A DNA stretch of 64,000 bases from Nitrospirota bacterium (GTDB lineage Bacteria; Nitrospirota; Thermodesulfovibrionia; Thermodesulfovibrionales; JdFR-85): positions 15,926-79,925 of the forward strand of contig WGER01000001.1 of assembly GCA_015492645.1 (NCBI GenBank), in the 5' to 3' direction. The translations under genes were made by a program, and so were the position numbers. Below are positions 40,920 through 50,103 of the stretch, one piece after another; the first letter of the stretch is position 1; each line of letters begins with the position of its first letter. The notes under the pieces are model-generated. The model was given only the letters and a program-made list of their open reading frames with translations. It searched no databases and was not told where the DNA came from.

Positions 40920-41032
40920 ACTTCCTCCCCTTTCTTTTGGAGTTTTTTGTTTCTCCTAATTAGTATCCCTCAGAACACCTACATTACCTTCTCTGGCTAC
41001 CACCCCCTTTCCTGAGTCTTTCCTGCAATTAT

Positions 41033-41061
41033 AGTGTAAAAATTTTTTTTGCGGCTGTCAA
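41033..41061 (-). promoter_or_regulatory. sigma70 promoter of the beta-propeller operon
   Basis: TTGACA-17 bp-TACACT on the minus strand. Confidence 0.7.
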
Positions 41062-41105
41062 CTTCAATTTCAAATTTTAGAGCATCTGTTAATGTCAATT
41101 TGGAG

Positions 41106-41127
41106 TCCGGGGGGTATACCCCCCGGA
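41106..41127 (-). terminator. stem-loop just after the extended yeeE stop
   Basis: TCCGGGGGG-TATA-CCCCCCGGA, 5 nt past TAA 41133. Confidence 0.65.
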
Positions 41128-41132
41128 TCCCC

Positions 41133-42185
41133 TTAGATATCCAAGTCCTTCATCGGCTTTATAAACAGGAAATAGACCATCGTCCAGTTACCGAGGACAA
41201 TAAAAATTGTGGCCACTATGCTTGAGATAGCCAAGGTTGACACGCCTGTCAACCCGTGTCCAACGTTTCAACCTCCGCCCACAGTGGCTCCGAATCCCAT
41301 TATGAGACCACCCACAAAGACCCTCAGTAGTTCCTCTGCACCAGGGGCCTTCAGTTTGAACTCCTTCAGTCCTATTGCACTTAGGGCCGCCCCGAGCGGG
41401 GTGCCGAGCACGAGCATGGCGCTCCAGGTAGGCTCCTTTCCCTTAAGAATAAAATTAAAGAGTTCTCTCGTTGGCCCGGTGTAGGAGACACCCCTTGCGC
41501 CACCACCCCATTTCTCTGAGGCGAACCAAGCGAGTACTATCACAACACCGATCAGTAAGCCGGCCACAGGCCACGGGTAACCCTTCTGTGGTTTCTGGTA
41601 TTTGCCCTTCAGCAGGATCGGGATCACTATCACAACAATGGCTGCAATAACTATCCATTTATTCACACCTATGATATTGTAAAGGGTAGGAACCTGTGTT
41701 TCGAGAGTGGTTTCTTCGAGCTGGGCATCGGTCATCAACTTCAGTCCCTGCTCAGTCTGCCAGATGTGTATGCTGGTCAGAAAGTTGTAAACCGGCTTGA
41801 GTATTCCATCCCTTGTTGTGAATATCCCTATCATGAAGCCCAGGACTGCAACCCAGGCAGCAAACAACCCCTCACCCACACGGTACCAGATACCGCTTCC
41901 ACAGCCACCTGCCAGCACTATCCCGAGACCGAAGATATAGCCCCCGATTATATTTGCCAGGGGAAAGAATGCCTGTCTCCTGAGTTCTTCGATCACTCCA
42001 ACATCTTCCAGGAGGTTCGCACCAATAATGGATACCACCAATGCAACCAGATAGGCCTTGAAGAGAGTAAAGTCATTGATGAAGATCAAGTCTCTGAAGG
42101 CAGTATTCATGCAGTAACGACCTCTCTGCAGGACCCACCCCGTGATTATACCCACCAGAAGGCCTGTGATGACAAGCGCTACCAT
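41133..42185 (-). CDS. yeeE: YeeE/YedE (TsuA-like) sulfur-compound transporter, probable selenoprotein (UGA 41268-41270 = Sec)
   Basis: RYCM and LAGGCGSG motifs; read-through gives VGGG-U-NVGHGLTGVSTL plus a final TM, matching AKG-C-NIGQGMSGFSTL of paralog 60663. Confidence 0.9.
41235..41254 (-). promoter_or_regulatory. putative bacterial SECIS hairpin
   Basis: GGTTGACA-GGCG-TGTCAACC perfect stem; loop starts 21 nt after the UGA. Confidence 0.75.
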
Positions 42186-42264
42186 AAAGCCCTCCCTCTT
42201 CCCTTTCTTTTTAAGGGCTACGCCCCTCTTTTTATGAGAAAAATATTAGAGGATAACAGGGTGG

Positions 42265-43290
42265 TCAGTCAATAGGGGAATGATTAAAAATGCTTATAGA
42301 ATCTTTTATTTTATTAATCACTTCTTCTGGTCTGACCCCATTCATGCAACTGGTGTGCTCGCAGGTCCTTTTGAAACAGGGCCTGCATGGAAGGTCTGTC
42401 TTCAGGACATTCTGGATCTGTCCATAAGGGCCGGTTAGTTCTTCACTGGTGGGACCGAATATAGCAAACACAGGGGTGTCCATTGCCGCAGCAAGGTGCA
42501 TTGGACCAGAGTCATTGGTGAGCATAAACCTTGCCCCCTTGAGTACTGACGCAAGTGTTTTCAGGTCTGTCCTGCCTGTAAGGTCAATACATTCCACACC
42601 ACTCATCTCCGATATCTCCTTCGCCAGTTCGGTGTCAGAGGCGCCTCCGACAATCACTGGTGTGAGTGAGGGGAGCATGTGCTTTAAAAGGCCTATCGTC
42701 TCAGAGAAGTGTCCTGTAGGCCATATCTTTGTCTTCCACCTTGCACCGGGGGCCACCACATAGTAGGGGGTTCTAACAGGCGTTGGTGGTAGATGTGGTA
42801 ATGGAAACTCAACCCCGCCAGGGACAATCCCTATCAAAGGCAGGAGTTTCAAATATCTCTCAACAGCATGGGTCTTTCCACCTGCAGTGCTTCTGTTGTA
42901 AAACAAAGGGCTCCCTTCCCTTGCATCACTGAATCCCACCCTTAGAGGTGCACCGGAGACAAACGTGAGTATTCCACTCCTGAAGAGCCCCTGAATATCA
43001 AGGACCACATCATAGGCCTCTCTCCTGAAAGACATTTTTAGAAGGATTACATCCCTGAAAAACCTGATCACCCCCATTGGTCCCCTCCAACGGTCCTTGC
43101 TTACTACCCAGAGCCTGTTCAACATGGGATGTCCTCTCAGCAGACCATCAAACCCAGAGGCAACCAACCAGTCTATGTAGAACTCACCTGACCTGTAGAT
43201 CTGACTGAGTACCGGGAGGGTATGCACTATATCGCCGAGTGAACTCGGTTTTATAATTAATAGTCTCTTCTTGTCTCTGGACTCAGACAT
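42265..43290 (-). CDS. GT9 LPS heptosyltransferase (WaaC/WaaF-like)
   Basis: KPSSLGDIVH, TNDSGPMHLAAA and FGPT. Confidence 0.9.
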   Translation of the reverse strand: MSESRDKKRLLIIKPSSLGDIVHTLPVLSQIYRSGEFYIDWLVASGFDGLLRGHPMLNRLWVVSKDRWRGPMGVIRFFRDVILLKMSFRREAYDVVLDIQGLFRSGILTFVSGAPLRVGFSDAREGSPLFYNRSTAGGKTHAVERYLKLLPLIGIVPGGVEFPLPHLPPTPVRTPYYVVAPGARWKTKIWPTGHFSETIGLLKHMLPSLTPVIVGGASDTELAKEISEMSGVECIDLTGRTDLKTLASVLKGARFMLTNDSGPMHLAAAMDTPVFAIFGPTSEELTGPYGQIQNVLKTDLPCRPCFKRTCEHTSCMNGVRPEEVINKIKDSISIFNHSPID

Positions 43291-44101
43291 TTAAGGGACG
43301 CGAGTCTACAATGTTTCTGTATCTGTCCAACCACCTTTCTCTCTGCATCTGCCTCCAATCCGGATCGGTCATTTTCACTACAACCCCGGAATTCAGTATC
43401 CTCTCTATAATCACCTCAAAGGCATTGGGCTGCTTGAGAAAGAGGGGATGGATCTCTGAAAGGACCTTGTGCAGAAGGGCCTCAGCAAGGCTACCACCTA
43501 TTGCCTTTGAAAGGTCCTCCTTTATCACCCTCCTGAGCAGATCTTCAAATCCCTCCACTGAAGTCATAGGCCTGGGTATGCCAGCAAGCCACTTCTTGAC
43601 AAGGGACTTGTATCTCTCTCTGTCGACCCTCTCCTGAAGAAGATTATAGACCGTTTTAAACAGTGCAAGAAACCCCTCTCTCGTGTCCTCTACAGAAGGC
43701 AGAGAACTCGCTATCCTTCTTATATCCGGTTCTGACAACTCAACCCTGAATACCCTTTTGAGGTCGGGAAGCATCACTTCTGTCAAAAAGTCCATTAAGG
43801 GGCCGGTCCCTTTTGCCCTCCTGGTCTCTTTAAATCTGAGTTCTTTTATCCTCTCATCATAGAGCCCCATTAAGAGTTCATCCTTCACCTTTTTATGGAG
43901 TTTCTCCAGTACAAGATTGAGCCTCTCTCTCTTTATCCCCCTCTTTATTATCTCGGAATAATTTACCTCCTTCCTGTAGACCACCATCCCGCCCAGAAAG
44001 ACAGTGGATACCATAGTACATTTTTCCCCTCCCATATCCTCCGTCTGGATATGGAATACCGCCCCCTGATAATTTACATTCTCATTAAACCCCTGAACCA
44101 T
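43283..44101 (-). CDS. hypothetical protein
   Basis: 272-aa ORF coupled to the GT9 gene; N-terminal GFNENV...FHIQTED. Confidence 0.65.
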   Translation of the reverse strand: MVQGFNENVNYQGAVFHIQTEDMGGEKCTMVSTVFLGGMVVYRKEVNYSEIIKRGIKRERLNLVLEKLHKKVKDELLMGLYDERIKELRFKETRRAKGTGPLMDFLTEVMLPDLKRVFRVELSEPDIRRIASSLPSVEDTREGFLALFKTVYNLLQERVDRERYKSLVKKWLAGIPRPMTSVEGFEDLLRRVIKEDLSKAIGGSLAEALLHKVLSEIHPLFLKQPNAFEVIIERILNSGVVVKMTDPDWRQMQRERWLDRYRNIVDSRPLNV

Positions 44102-44281
44102 CTGAATTTATTTTAACATAGGCTACAGAGGTGAGACGTAAAATGCCCCTGAAGGCACGCCCCCTGTTAACCTGACATCTAATTAAATAACATATGCTTT
44201 CTGCAAAAGTATAAACCAATATATTATGTTATTAGAATTAACATCTTGATTAATAATACATTTTTTGTTATAATAAAAGCC

Positions 44282-44506
44282 ATGCTGGAGAGTAAGACCT
44301 TTCAGATGGCGCTGGAGATGGTAAGAAAGGGGCTCCAACAGGAGGGAGGTGATCTTGAGGTGGTGGAGTTTAAGGAGGGGGTTCTTTATGTGAGGCTTAA
44401 AGGCAGATGTAAGGGCTGTCTGATGGCCGGAATGACGATGAAGACCTGGGTTGAAAAGATCTTCCGGGAGGCGGTATCAGAGATCAGGGAGGTGAGGGAA
44501 TTGTGA
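44282..44506 (+). CDS. NifU C-terminal/NfuA-like Fe-S carrier
   Basis: GGDLEVV...L.G.C.GC; start moved to 44282. Confidence 0.85.
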   Translation: MLESKTFQMALEMVRKGLQQEGGDLEVVEFKEGVLYVRLKGRCKGCLMAGMTMKTWVEKIFREAVSEIREVREL

Positions 44507-45615
44507 AGAGATTGGCCTTCTGTCTCATCTTCCTGCTCATTGCTGTTGATACCTTCTCAGCAGAACTTAAAGAGGTCAGATATAGCCATTCAGAGGAAAA
44601 GACCAGAGTGGTGTTTGAACTGGATCGCTCAGTTCAATATGTATCAGGGTTTCTCAGAGAACCTGCAAGGATATACTTTGATCTTAAGGATGTCAGGAAT
44701 GGCACCAGAAGGGATCAGGTGGAGATATCACGTGGACCGGTGAAGAGGATAAGGATTGGTAGATTCAAGAGGGATGTCCTAAGGATAGTTGTAGACCTTA
44801 AGAGCGAGGAGAGATACAGGACATTCTTTCTCAACTCCCCTCCGCGAATAGTCCTTGACATCATTCATGAGGCCGATCCATTCTTCAGGCCAAGGAGAGT
44901 GGTGGTGATTGACCCAGGACATGGCGGGGAAGACCCGGGTGCTATAGGGCCTGGAGGCTTGAAAGAAAAGGATGTTACCCTTGACATAGCGAAGAGGCTG
45001 AAGAAGATTCTGGAGAATAGATATAAACTGAAGGTGTATCTCACGCGTGATAACGACAGATTTGTGAGTCTCAAAGACAGGACCCTTTTAGCAAACCGTT
45101 ATAATGCCGATGTCTTTGTCTCTATTCATATCAATGCGAGCAGGAGAAAGACCCTGAGAGGGGTTGAGACCTATCTGCTGAACTGGACCAATGATGAAGA
45201 GGCCCTGAAGGTAGCAGCCAGAGAGAATGCCATATCAGTAGAGAAGATGAAAAAGAGCCAGACTGAACTGGGGATGATTCTTGCCTCCTTGGAAAGGGAG
45301 AGTAAGAGGGATGAGTCTCTAAGACTGGCCTATCATGTTCATAACAGCCTTGTTGGAAGACTCAGCAGATACTACAGAGAGATAGAAGACCTTGGTGTTA
45401 AACAGGCCCTCTTTTATGTCCTTGTAGGTGCAGAGATGCCCTCTGTGCTTGTTGAAGTGGGATTTATCAGCAATCCTAAAGAGGAGAGACTACTTAGGAA
45501 GGCCTCTTTCAGACAGAGGACTGCCGAGGCCCTTGGAAGGGGGATCTACAGATATATCCTCACACTACCCGGTTCACCCAAACTTGCAATGGCAGGTGAG
45601 GATGATACGGGTTAA
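44503..45615 (+). CDS. amiC: N-acetylmuramoyl-L-alanine amidase with AMIN domain
   Basis: IDPGHGG.DPGA, EKDV.L, SIH.N and LVEVGF.SN. Confidence 0.92.
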   Translation: MKRLAFCLIFLLIAVDTFSAELKEVRYSHSEEKTRVVFELDRSVQYVSGFLREPARIYFDLKDVRNGTRRDQVEISRGPVKRIRIGRFKRDVLRIVVDLKSEERYRTFFLNSPPRIVLDIIHEADPFFRPRRVVVIDPGHGGEDPGAIGPGGLKEKDVTLDIAKRLKKILENRYKLKVYLTRDNDRFVSLKDRTLLANRYNADVFVSIHINASRRKTLRGVETYLLNWTNDEEALKVAARENAISVEKMKKSQTELGMILASLERESKRDESLRLAYHVHNSLVGRLSRYYREIEDLGVKQALFYVLVGAEMPSVLVEVGFISNPKEERLLRKASFRQRTAEALGRGIYRYILTLPGSPKLAMAGEDDTG

Positions 45616-45872
45616 AAGGGTCCAATAGTTTTGACCGAAATTAATTAATACAGTTCTGAACCTTGTTCACCTTCCGGGTAAAGGTGGTTACTTTGGCAAA
45701 GGCACTGTCGGTGTCGCTGAAATTCAGATTTTTCGGCAACCCTCGCCCTTTATTTGATTTTGACCAGAGTCAAACGGCAATTTACAGAGTGGATGTCTCT
45801 GTTGCATTGGTCACCTCAAATCTGACAGAATACCAGATGAGATCTGAAAGTTGATATCTGGAGGGTTAAGGA

Positions 45873-46460
45873 ATGGTTGGGATATATCTGAGGATCTTTT
45901 CTTTTCTCCTTCTCCTTTTAATTGTATTTCTGAATCAGGACCCCTTTTTTGCCCTCCTGGGTATAGCGGTATCTTCGATGATTATGCTATTCTGGCCTGA
46001 CAGCAGGATGCGGAAGGGGCTTTTCTTTATAGTTCTACTTACAGGAGGCACCTTTGTGGGCAATCTCTTCTCGTTGCCAGGAAGGGTTCTGGTCCATAAT
46101 GGGCTCTTTACAATAACTGAGGAGTCATTGAAGGCGGCCCTTGTGAGGGCATCAAGAGTTGCAGTTCTGATGGTAGGGGCAAAGGTTCTCTTTCTGGGCC
46201 CATTAAAGGGAGGACCTCTTGCTGGAATGGAGAGGTTTCTTTTTGCCCTGAGGAGGCTCCTTGGTCCACTTGAGAGACTCCGGATACCTGTTAATGATTT
46301 CTTTGAAATAACAGGACAGACCCTCAGGATGGTCCCCCTGTTGACTGAGTCAATAAAGAAGGAGACAGAGGGAGTGAAGAGGCCCTGGAGACTCACTAAA
46401 TACATCTATAGGTTATTCATAACCGAGTTAAAGGCGGATCGAAAGGTGAGACAGAGGTGA
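45873..46460 (+). CDS. ECF transporter T-component-like (CbiQ/EcfT) membrane protein
   Basis: TM helices; LL.PL..L.IPV...TLR..P.L pattern. Confidence 0.55.
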   Translation: MVGIYLRIFSFLLLLLIVFLNQDPFFALLGIAVSSMIMLFWPDSRMRKGLFFIVLLTGGTFVGNLFSLPGRVLVHNGLFTITEESLKAALVRASRVAVLMVGAKVLFLGPLKGGPLAGMERFLFALRRLLGPLERLRIPVNDFFEITGQTLRMVPLLTESIKKETEGVKRPWRLTKYIYRLFITELKADRKVRQR

Positions 46461-47512
46461 GCACGGGAAGGTTCTATCTCTTCATGCTCATAGGGATAAC
46501 CGGGATCCTTGCATATCTGTCCTTTCAGATAATAAGACCCTTTCTGACACCTATAGCATGGGCAATAGTTATGACAGTGGTCTTCTATCCCCTCTATGCA
46601 TATATTACGAGGTTCATAAGGTGGAAAGGCCTGGCTTCAGGACTAACCCTGGTGGTTGTTGCACTGATTATTATAGGACCATTCACATATCTTCTGGTAA
46701 ACCTTGCAGTGGAGATCAGGGACTTTCTCCATTATCTAAATACCAAGGGTATACCACAGATTGATGGATGGATGAAGACTGAAAGGGTAATCCTTTTGCA
46801 GGAACGCCTGAAAGAGGCATTGAACTTGAAGGAACTTGACCTGTCCTCCATGGTCTCCACTGCGGTCACCCGCTTGGGCAGGTCTGTACTGAGCAATGTC
46901 ACCACAGGGGTGGCCAATGTGGCATCTGTAGTTATAAACTTTGTATTTATGCTGTTTGCCATGTTCTTCATGCTGAAGGACGGCCCCGGATTCGTAGCAA
47001 GAATAGGTGACTACCTACCCTTTTCAGACCGACAGAAGGACAGACTCGCCACACAGATGAAGGATATGGTGATATCCACCATTTATGGAGGGGTTGTGGT
47101 CTCAGTTATACAGGGAATTCTTGGTGGCATAACCTTTCTGTTGCTCGGTCTTGGCGCACCAGTGCTTCTGGGTACTGCCACCGCAATAATGTCATTCATC
47201 CCTGCCCTCGGGGCCTTTGGAGTATGGGGCCCGGTCCTCGTCTATCTCATTGTGAAGAAACTCTACCTGAAGGCAATTATACTTTTTTTTGTAGGAACCT
47301 TTATAATAAGTATGGTGGACAATTTCCTGAAGCCCGTTATTATCAGCGGGCGTACCAGAATGCCCACGCTCCTGATATTTTTTAGTGTCCTCGGTGGATT
47401 GAGGTTCTTTGGCCTGATAGGTCTCGTCCTGGGGCCTCTTGTGATAGCAATGTTTATATCGGTTATTGAGATATTCAGAAATCTGGAAGGAGGTAGGTAT
47501 GGTAAGCCGTGA
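46457..47512 (+). CDS. AI-2E family transporter
   Basis: DNFLKP and FG..GL..GP motifs; multi-TM. Confidence 0.9.
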   Translation: MSTGRFYLFMLIGITGILAYLSFQIIRPFLTPIAWAIVMTVVFYPLYAYITRFIRWKGLASGLTLVVVALIIIGPFTYLLVNLAVEIRDFLHYLNTKGIPQIDGWMKTERVILLQERLKEALNLKELDLSSMVSTAVTRLGRSVLSNVTTGVANVASVVINFVFMLFAMFFMLKDGPGFVARIGDYLPFSDRQKDRLATQMKDMVISTIYGGVVVSVIQGILGGITFLLLGLGAPVLLGTATAIMSFIPALGAFGVWGPVLVYLIVKKLYLKAIILFFVGTFIISMVDNFLKPVIISGRTRMPTLLIFFSVLGGLRFFGLIGLVLGPLVIAMFISVIEIFRNLEGGRYGKP

Positions 47513-48623
47513 AGAGTTGAGAGAACTGGAAGAGATCACAGCAGGTGAACACTATTATGTGAGCCTCTATCTTAATGTTGATCCAATTACAAATCCGAAG
47601 GGGGAATACATCACCCACCTGAAGAATCTCATAAAGGAGGCTGAAGAGAATACGCCCAAGGAGATATATAAGTCAATAAAGGGTGACATTGAAAGGATTG
47701 AATCTTATATAGTTACCAATAAGAGGGAGTTCAAAAGGGCGCTGGTGATATTTTCTTCTGGAATGACCGGCCTCTGGAGGATCTATCATCTGTCAGTGCC
47801 GGTAAAGAATCAACTCGTAATCGACATGACCCCCTGCATTGAACCACTGCTGGACCTGATAGATAATTACCCGAGATATCTTGTGCTTATTATAGACAAG
47901 GAACATGGGAGGGTTTTTATAGTACAGCAGTCAGAGATCATGGAGTATGCCATGGTACACACCCCTGATGTGCCGGGCAAACACAAAAAAGGGGGATGGT
48001 TTGCACTTGCAGAAAAAAACTATCAGCGACATATAGACTACCATGTAGGAATACATTTAAAGGAGGTTGAAAAGACCCTTGAGGACCTTCTACATAATGA
48101 GAGGATCGATATCATCTTTGTTGGGGGGCACGAAGAGGCGAGGACAAGATTTCTCCAGATATTGCCCCAGCATATCAGGGAGAAGGTGAAGGGGGAATTC
48201 AATGCGGAGATCCTTATAAGACCGGATGACGTCCTTCAGAAGGTCAGTCCATTAATACAGGAATATGAGAGGCAGAAGGAGAGGGGGTTGCTGGAGAGGC
48301 TCATAACCAAGGCACTGAAAGGTGATGCTGCAGTGCTTGGAGTGGATGATACAATCACAGCCCTCTGGGAGGGGAAGGTGCATATACTTGTTATTGATAG
48401 GGACCTTGCCATGAGTGGATTCAGATGTAAGGGATGCGGGTTTCTTACTGTCAACCATATGGATATCTGTCCTTACTGTGCTAATAATATGGAAGAGGTA
48501 GAGCATATAGGTGATTACATGTCTCAGAAGGCCCTTGAACAGGGTGCTACAGTTGAGGTTATTGCCTATGAAAAGGATCTGCTGAGAGAAAGGGGTGGTG
48601 TTGGGGCGATACTCCGGTACTGA
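47499..48623 (+). CDS. bacterial aeRF1-like protein (baeRF family)
   Basis: VSLYL, PGKHKKGG, CxxC...CxxC zinc ribbon and C-terminal GGVGAILRY; start moved to 47499. Confidence 0.85.
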   Translation: MVSREELRELEEITAGEHYYVSLYLNVDPITNPKGEYITHLKNLIKEAEENTPKEIYKSIKGDIERIESYIVTNKREFKRALVIFSSGMTGLWRIYHLSVPVKNQLVIDMTPCIEPLLDLIDNYPRYLVLIIDKEHGRVFIVQQSEIMEYAMVHTPDVPGKHKKGGWFALAEKNYQRHIDYHVGIHLKEVEKTLEDLLHNERIDIIFVGGHEEARTRFLQILPQHIREKVKGEFNAEILIRPDDVLQKVSPLIQEYERQKERGLLERLITKALKGDAAVLGVDDTITALWEGKVHILVIDRDLAMSGFRCKGCGFLTVNHMDICPYCANNMEEVEHIGDYMSQKALEQGATVEVIAYEKDLLRERGGVGAILRY

Positions 48624-48697
48624 TGTAATACCCATTACATTAACGAGTCGTTGGTTTAGGATAAAATAAAAAAGATCTTTAAGAAAGGAGGTCAAAG

Positions 48698-49057
48698 ATG
48701 AAAATCACATCATTAATGCTGTCCGTTTTAGGGGTTCTGCTCGTTGCAGGACTGGTCTTTGCGGGAGGTGATATACAGAGGGGCAAGGCCCTCTTTGATG
48801 ACCCCTCCCTCGGTACAAATGGTAAGAGTTGTTCCAGTTGTCATCCAGAAGGGAGAGGGATTAATGGACAGAAAGAGAGTTTCACAATTATGGGTAAAAA
48901 GCAGGCAACAATTGAAGATGCAATTAACTTCTGCATCCAGAATGCCCTGAAGGGTCAGGCACTCTCAAAGGACTCACCAAAGATGAAGGATCTGGCAGCC
49001 TATCTAAAGACACTGAAGGGAGAAAAGAGAAAGAGGAAGAGAATAAAAGGTTGTTAA
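48698..49057 (+). CDS. monoheme c-type cytochrome
   Basis: Signal peptide, CSSCH, INFC and basic tail ending GC. Confidence 0.85.
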   Translation: MKITSLMLSVLGVLLVAGLVFAGGDIQRGKALFDDPSLGTNGKSCSSCHPEGRGINGQKESFTIMGKKQATIEDAINFCIQNALKGQALSKDSPKMKDLAAYLKTLKGEKRKRKRIKGC

Positions 49058-49065
49058 CCGCTGAG

Positions 49066-49407
49066 ATGTCAAAAGAGATCAGGGTCTTTAAGGTTTCTGA
49101 GTTGTTGAAGGGGTCCGGAGAGTACATACTCGGTGCAGAACAGACGGGTTCTCATGGTTGCTACCTCATCTATGGTGTAATGGGGCCGGGTGAGAAGGGG
49201 AGATTGCTCAAACCTGGCAGAGGTCATGAGGAGATAGTGTTTGCTGTGAGGGGAGAATTCGGCATATCCGGGGAGTACACTGGAAGACTGAGAGAGGGTG
49301 AGGCAATCCATCTGCGTGGTGAGGAGACCTGTTTGATGGACAACCTCGGCCCCTCAGAGGCTGTGTATATAATAGCAGGTGGACACTCTGAGGGTGGGCA
49401 TCATTGA
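49066..49407 (+). CDS. cupin-like small protein
   Basis: GHEEI...G.F cupin-like motif; His-rich end. Confidence 0.6.
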   Translation: MSKEIRVFKVSELLKGSGEYILGAEQTGSHGCYLIYGVMGPGEKGRLLKPGRGHEEIVFAVRGEFGISGEYTGRLREGEAIHLRGEETCLMDNLGPSEAVYIIAGGHSEGGHH

Positions 49408-49997
49408 AGCCCGAGCAGACCCTGTAAGCCGAGTCTTATCATCATTACTGCTATTGATGCGAGCAGTATGGCCATCAACTTCGAGATTGCAAGGACCCCT
49501 TCTTTCCCTATGATTCTCACCACTCTGGTGGCATTCTTACACAGAAGCCATACTATAAATAGGTTGAGCAACAGAGAAAAAAGGGTTATAATTACACCAT
49601 AGTGGTCCACAAGCACAAGCAGGGTGGTGAGAAGGGCTGGCCCAACAATCATCGGTACACCAAGAGGAACAACACCAATGGTTGTTGTAACTGACTTCTT
49701 CCTGTGCCTTCCCTCTTCCTTAACGAGTTCAAGCACCGCGATAACCAGCAGTACCAGACCTCCTGCCACCTTAAAGTCATCCACAGTGATGCCCAGAATC
49801 CTGAATATACCCTCTCCTATTGCAACAAACCCTATGCTCACACCAAGGGCTGTCATTATAGACTGATTTATTACCCTCCGTACAGCATCGGGAGGTAACC
49901 CCCTTGTGTAACTGATAAAGAAGGGTAGAAGGGCAAAGACATCAATCGCCACGAATACTGGTATAAATACTTCTGGGAACTCTTTTATGTCTGGCAT
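49401..49997 (-). CDS. marC: MarC family membrane protein
   Basis: F.VAGG.VL, VVPL..P...GP and K...LL...AV. Confidence 0.9.
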   Translation of the reverse strand: MPDIKEFPEVFIPVFVAIDVFALLPFFISYTRGLPPDAVRRVINQSIMTALGVSIGFVAIGEGIFRILGITVDDFKVAGGLVLLVIAVLELVKEEGRHRKKSVTTTIGVVPLGVPMIVGPALLTTLLVLVDHYGVIITLFSLLLNLFIVWLLCKNATRVVRIIGKEGVLAISKLMAILLASIAVMMIRLGLQGLLGLQ

Positions 49998-50004
49998 ACC
50001 TCAC

Positions 50005-50103
50005 CAGGTCCTCAATGGTGTCTATCTAACCATCAACCCTGGAGAGGGTCTCCTCCAGAACCGCCTCCTCGTTCAATACTGGCATTACAATAGGGATTCT
50101 CAT
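50005..50103 (-). pseudogene. deletion remnant of glycosyltransferase gene(s)
   Basis: [22 protein letters not shown] (GT2 N-terminus), TAG, then IDTIEDL in the same frame. Confidence 0.5.
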
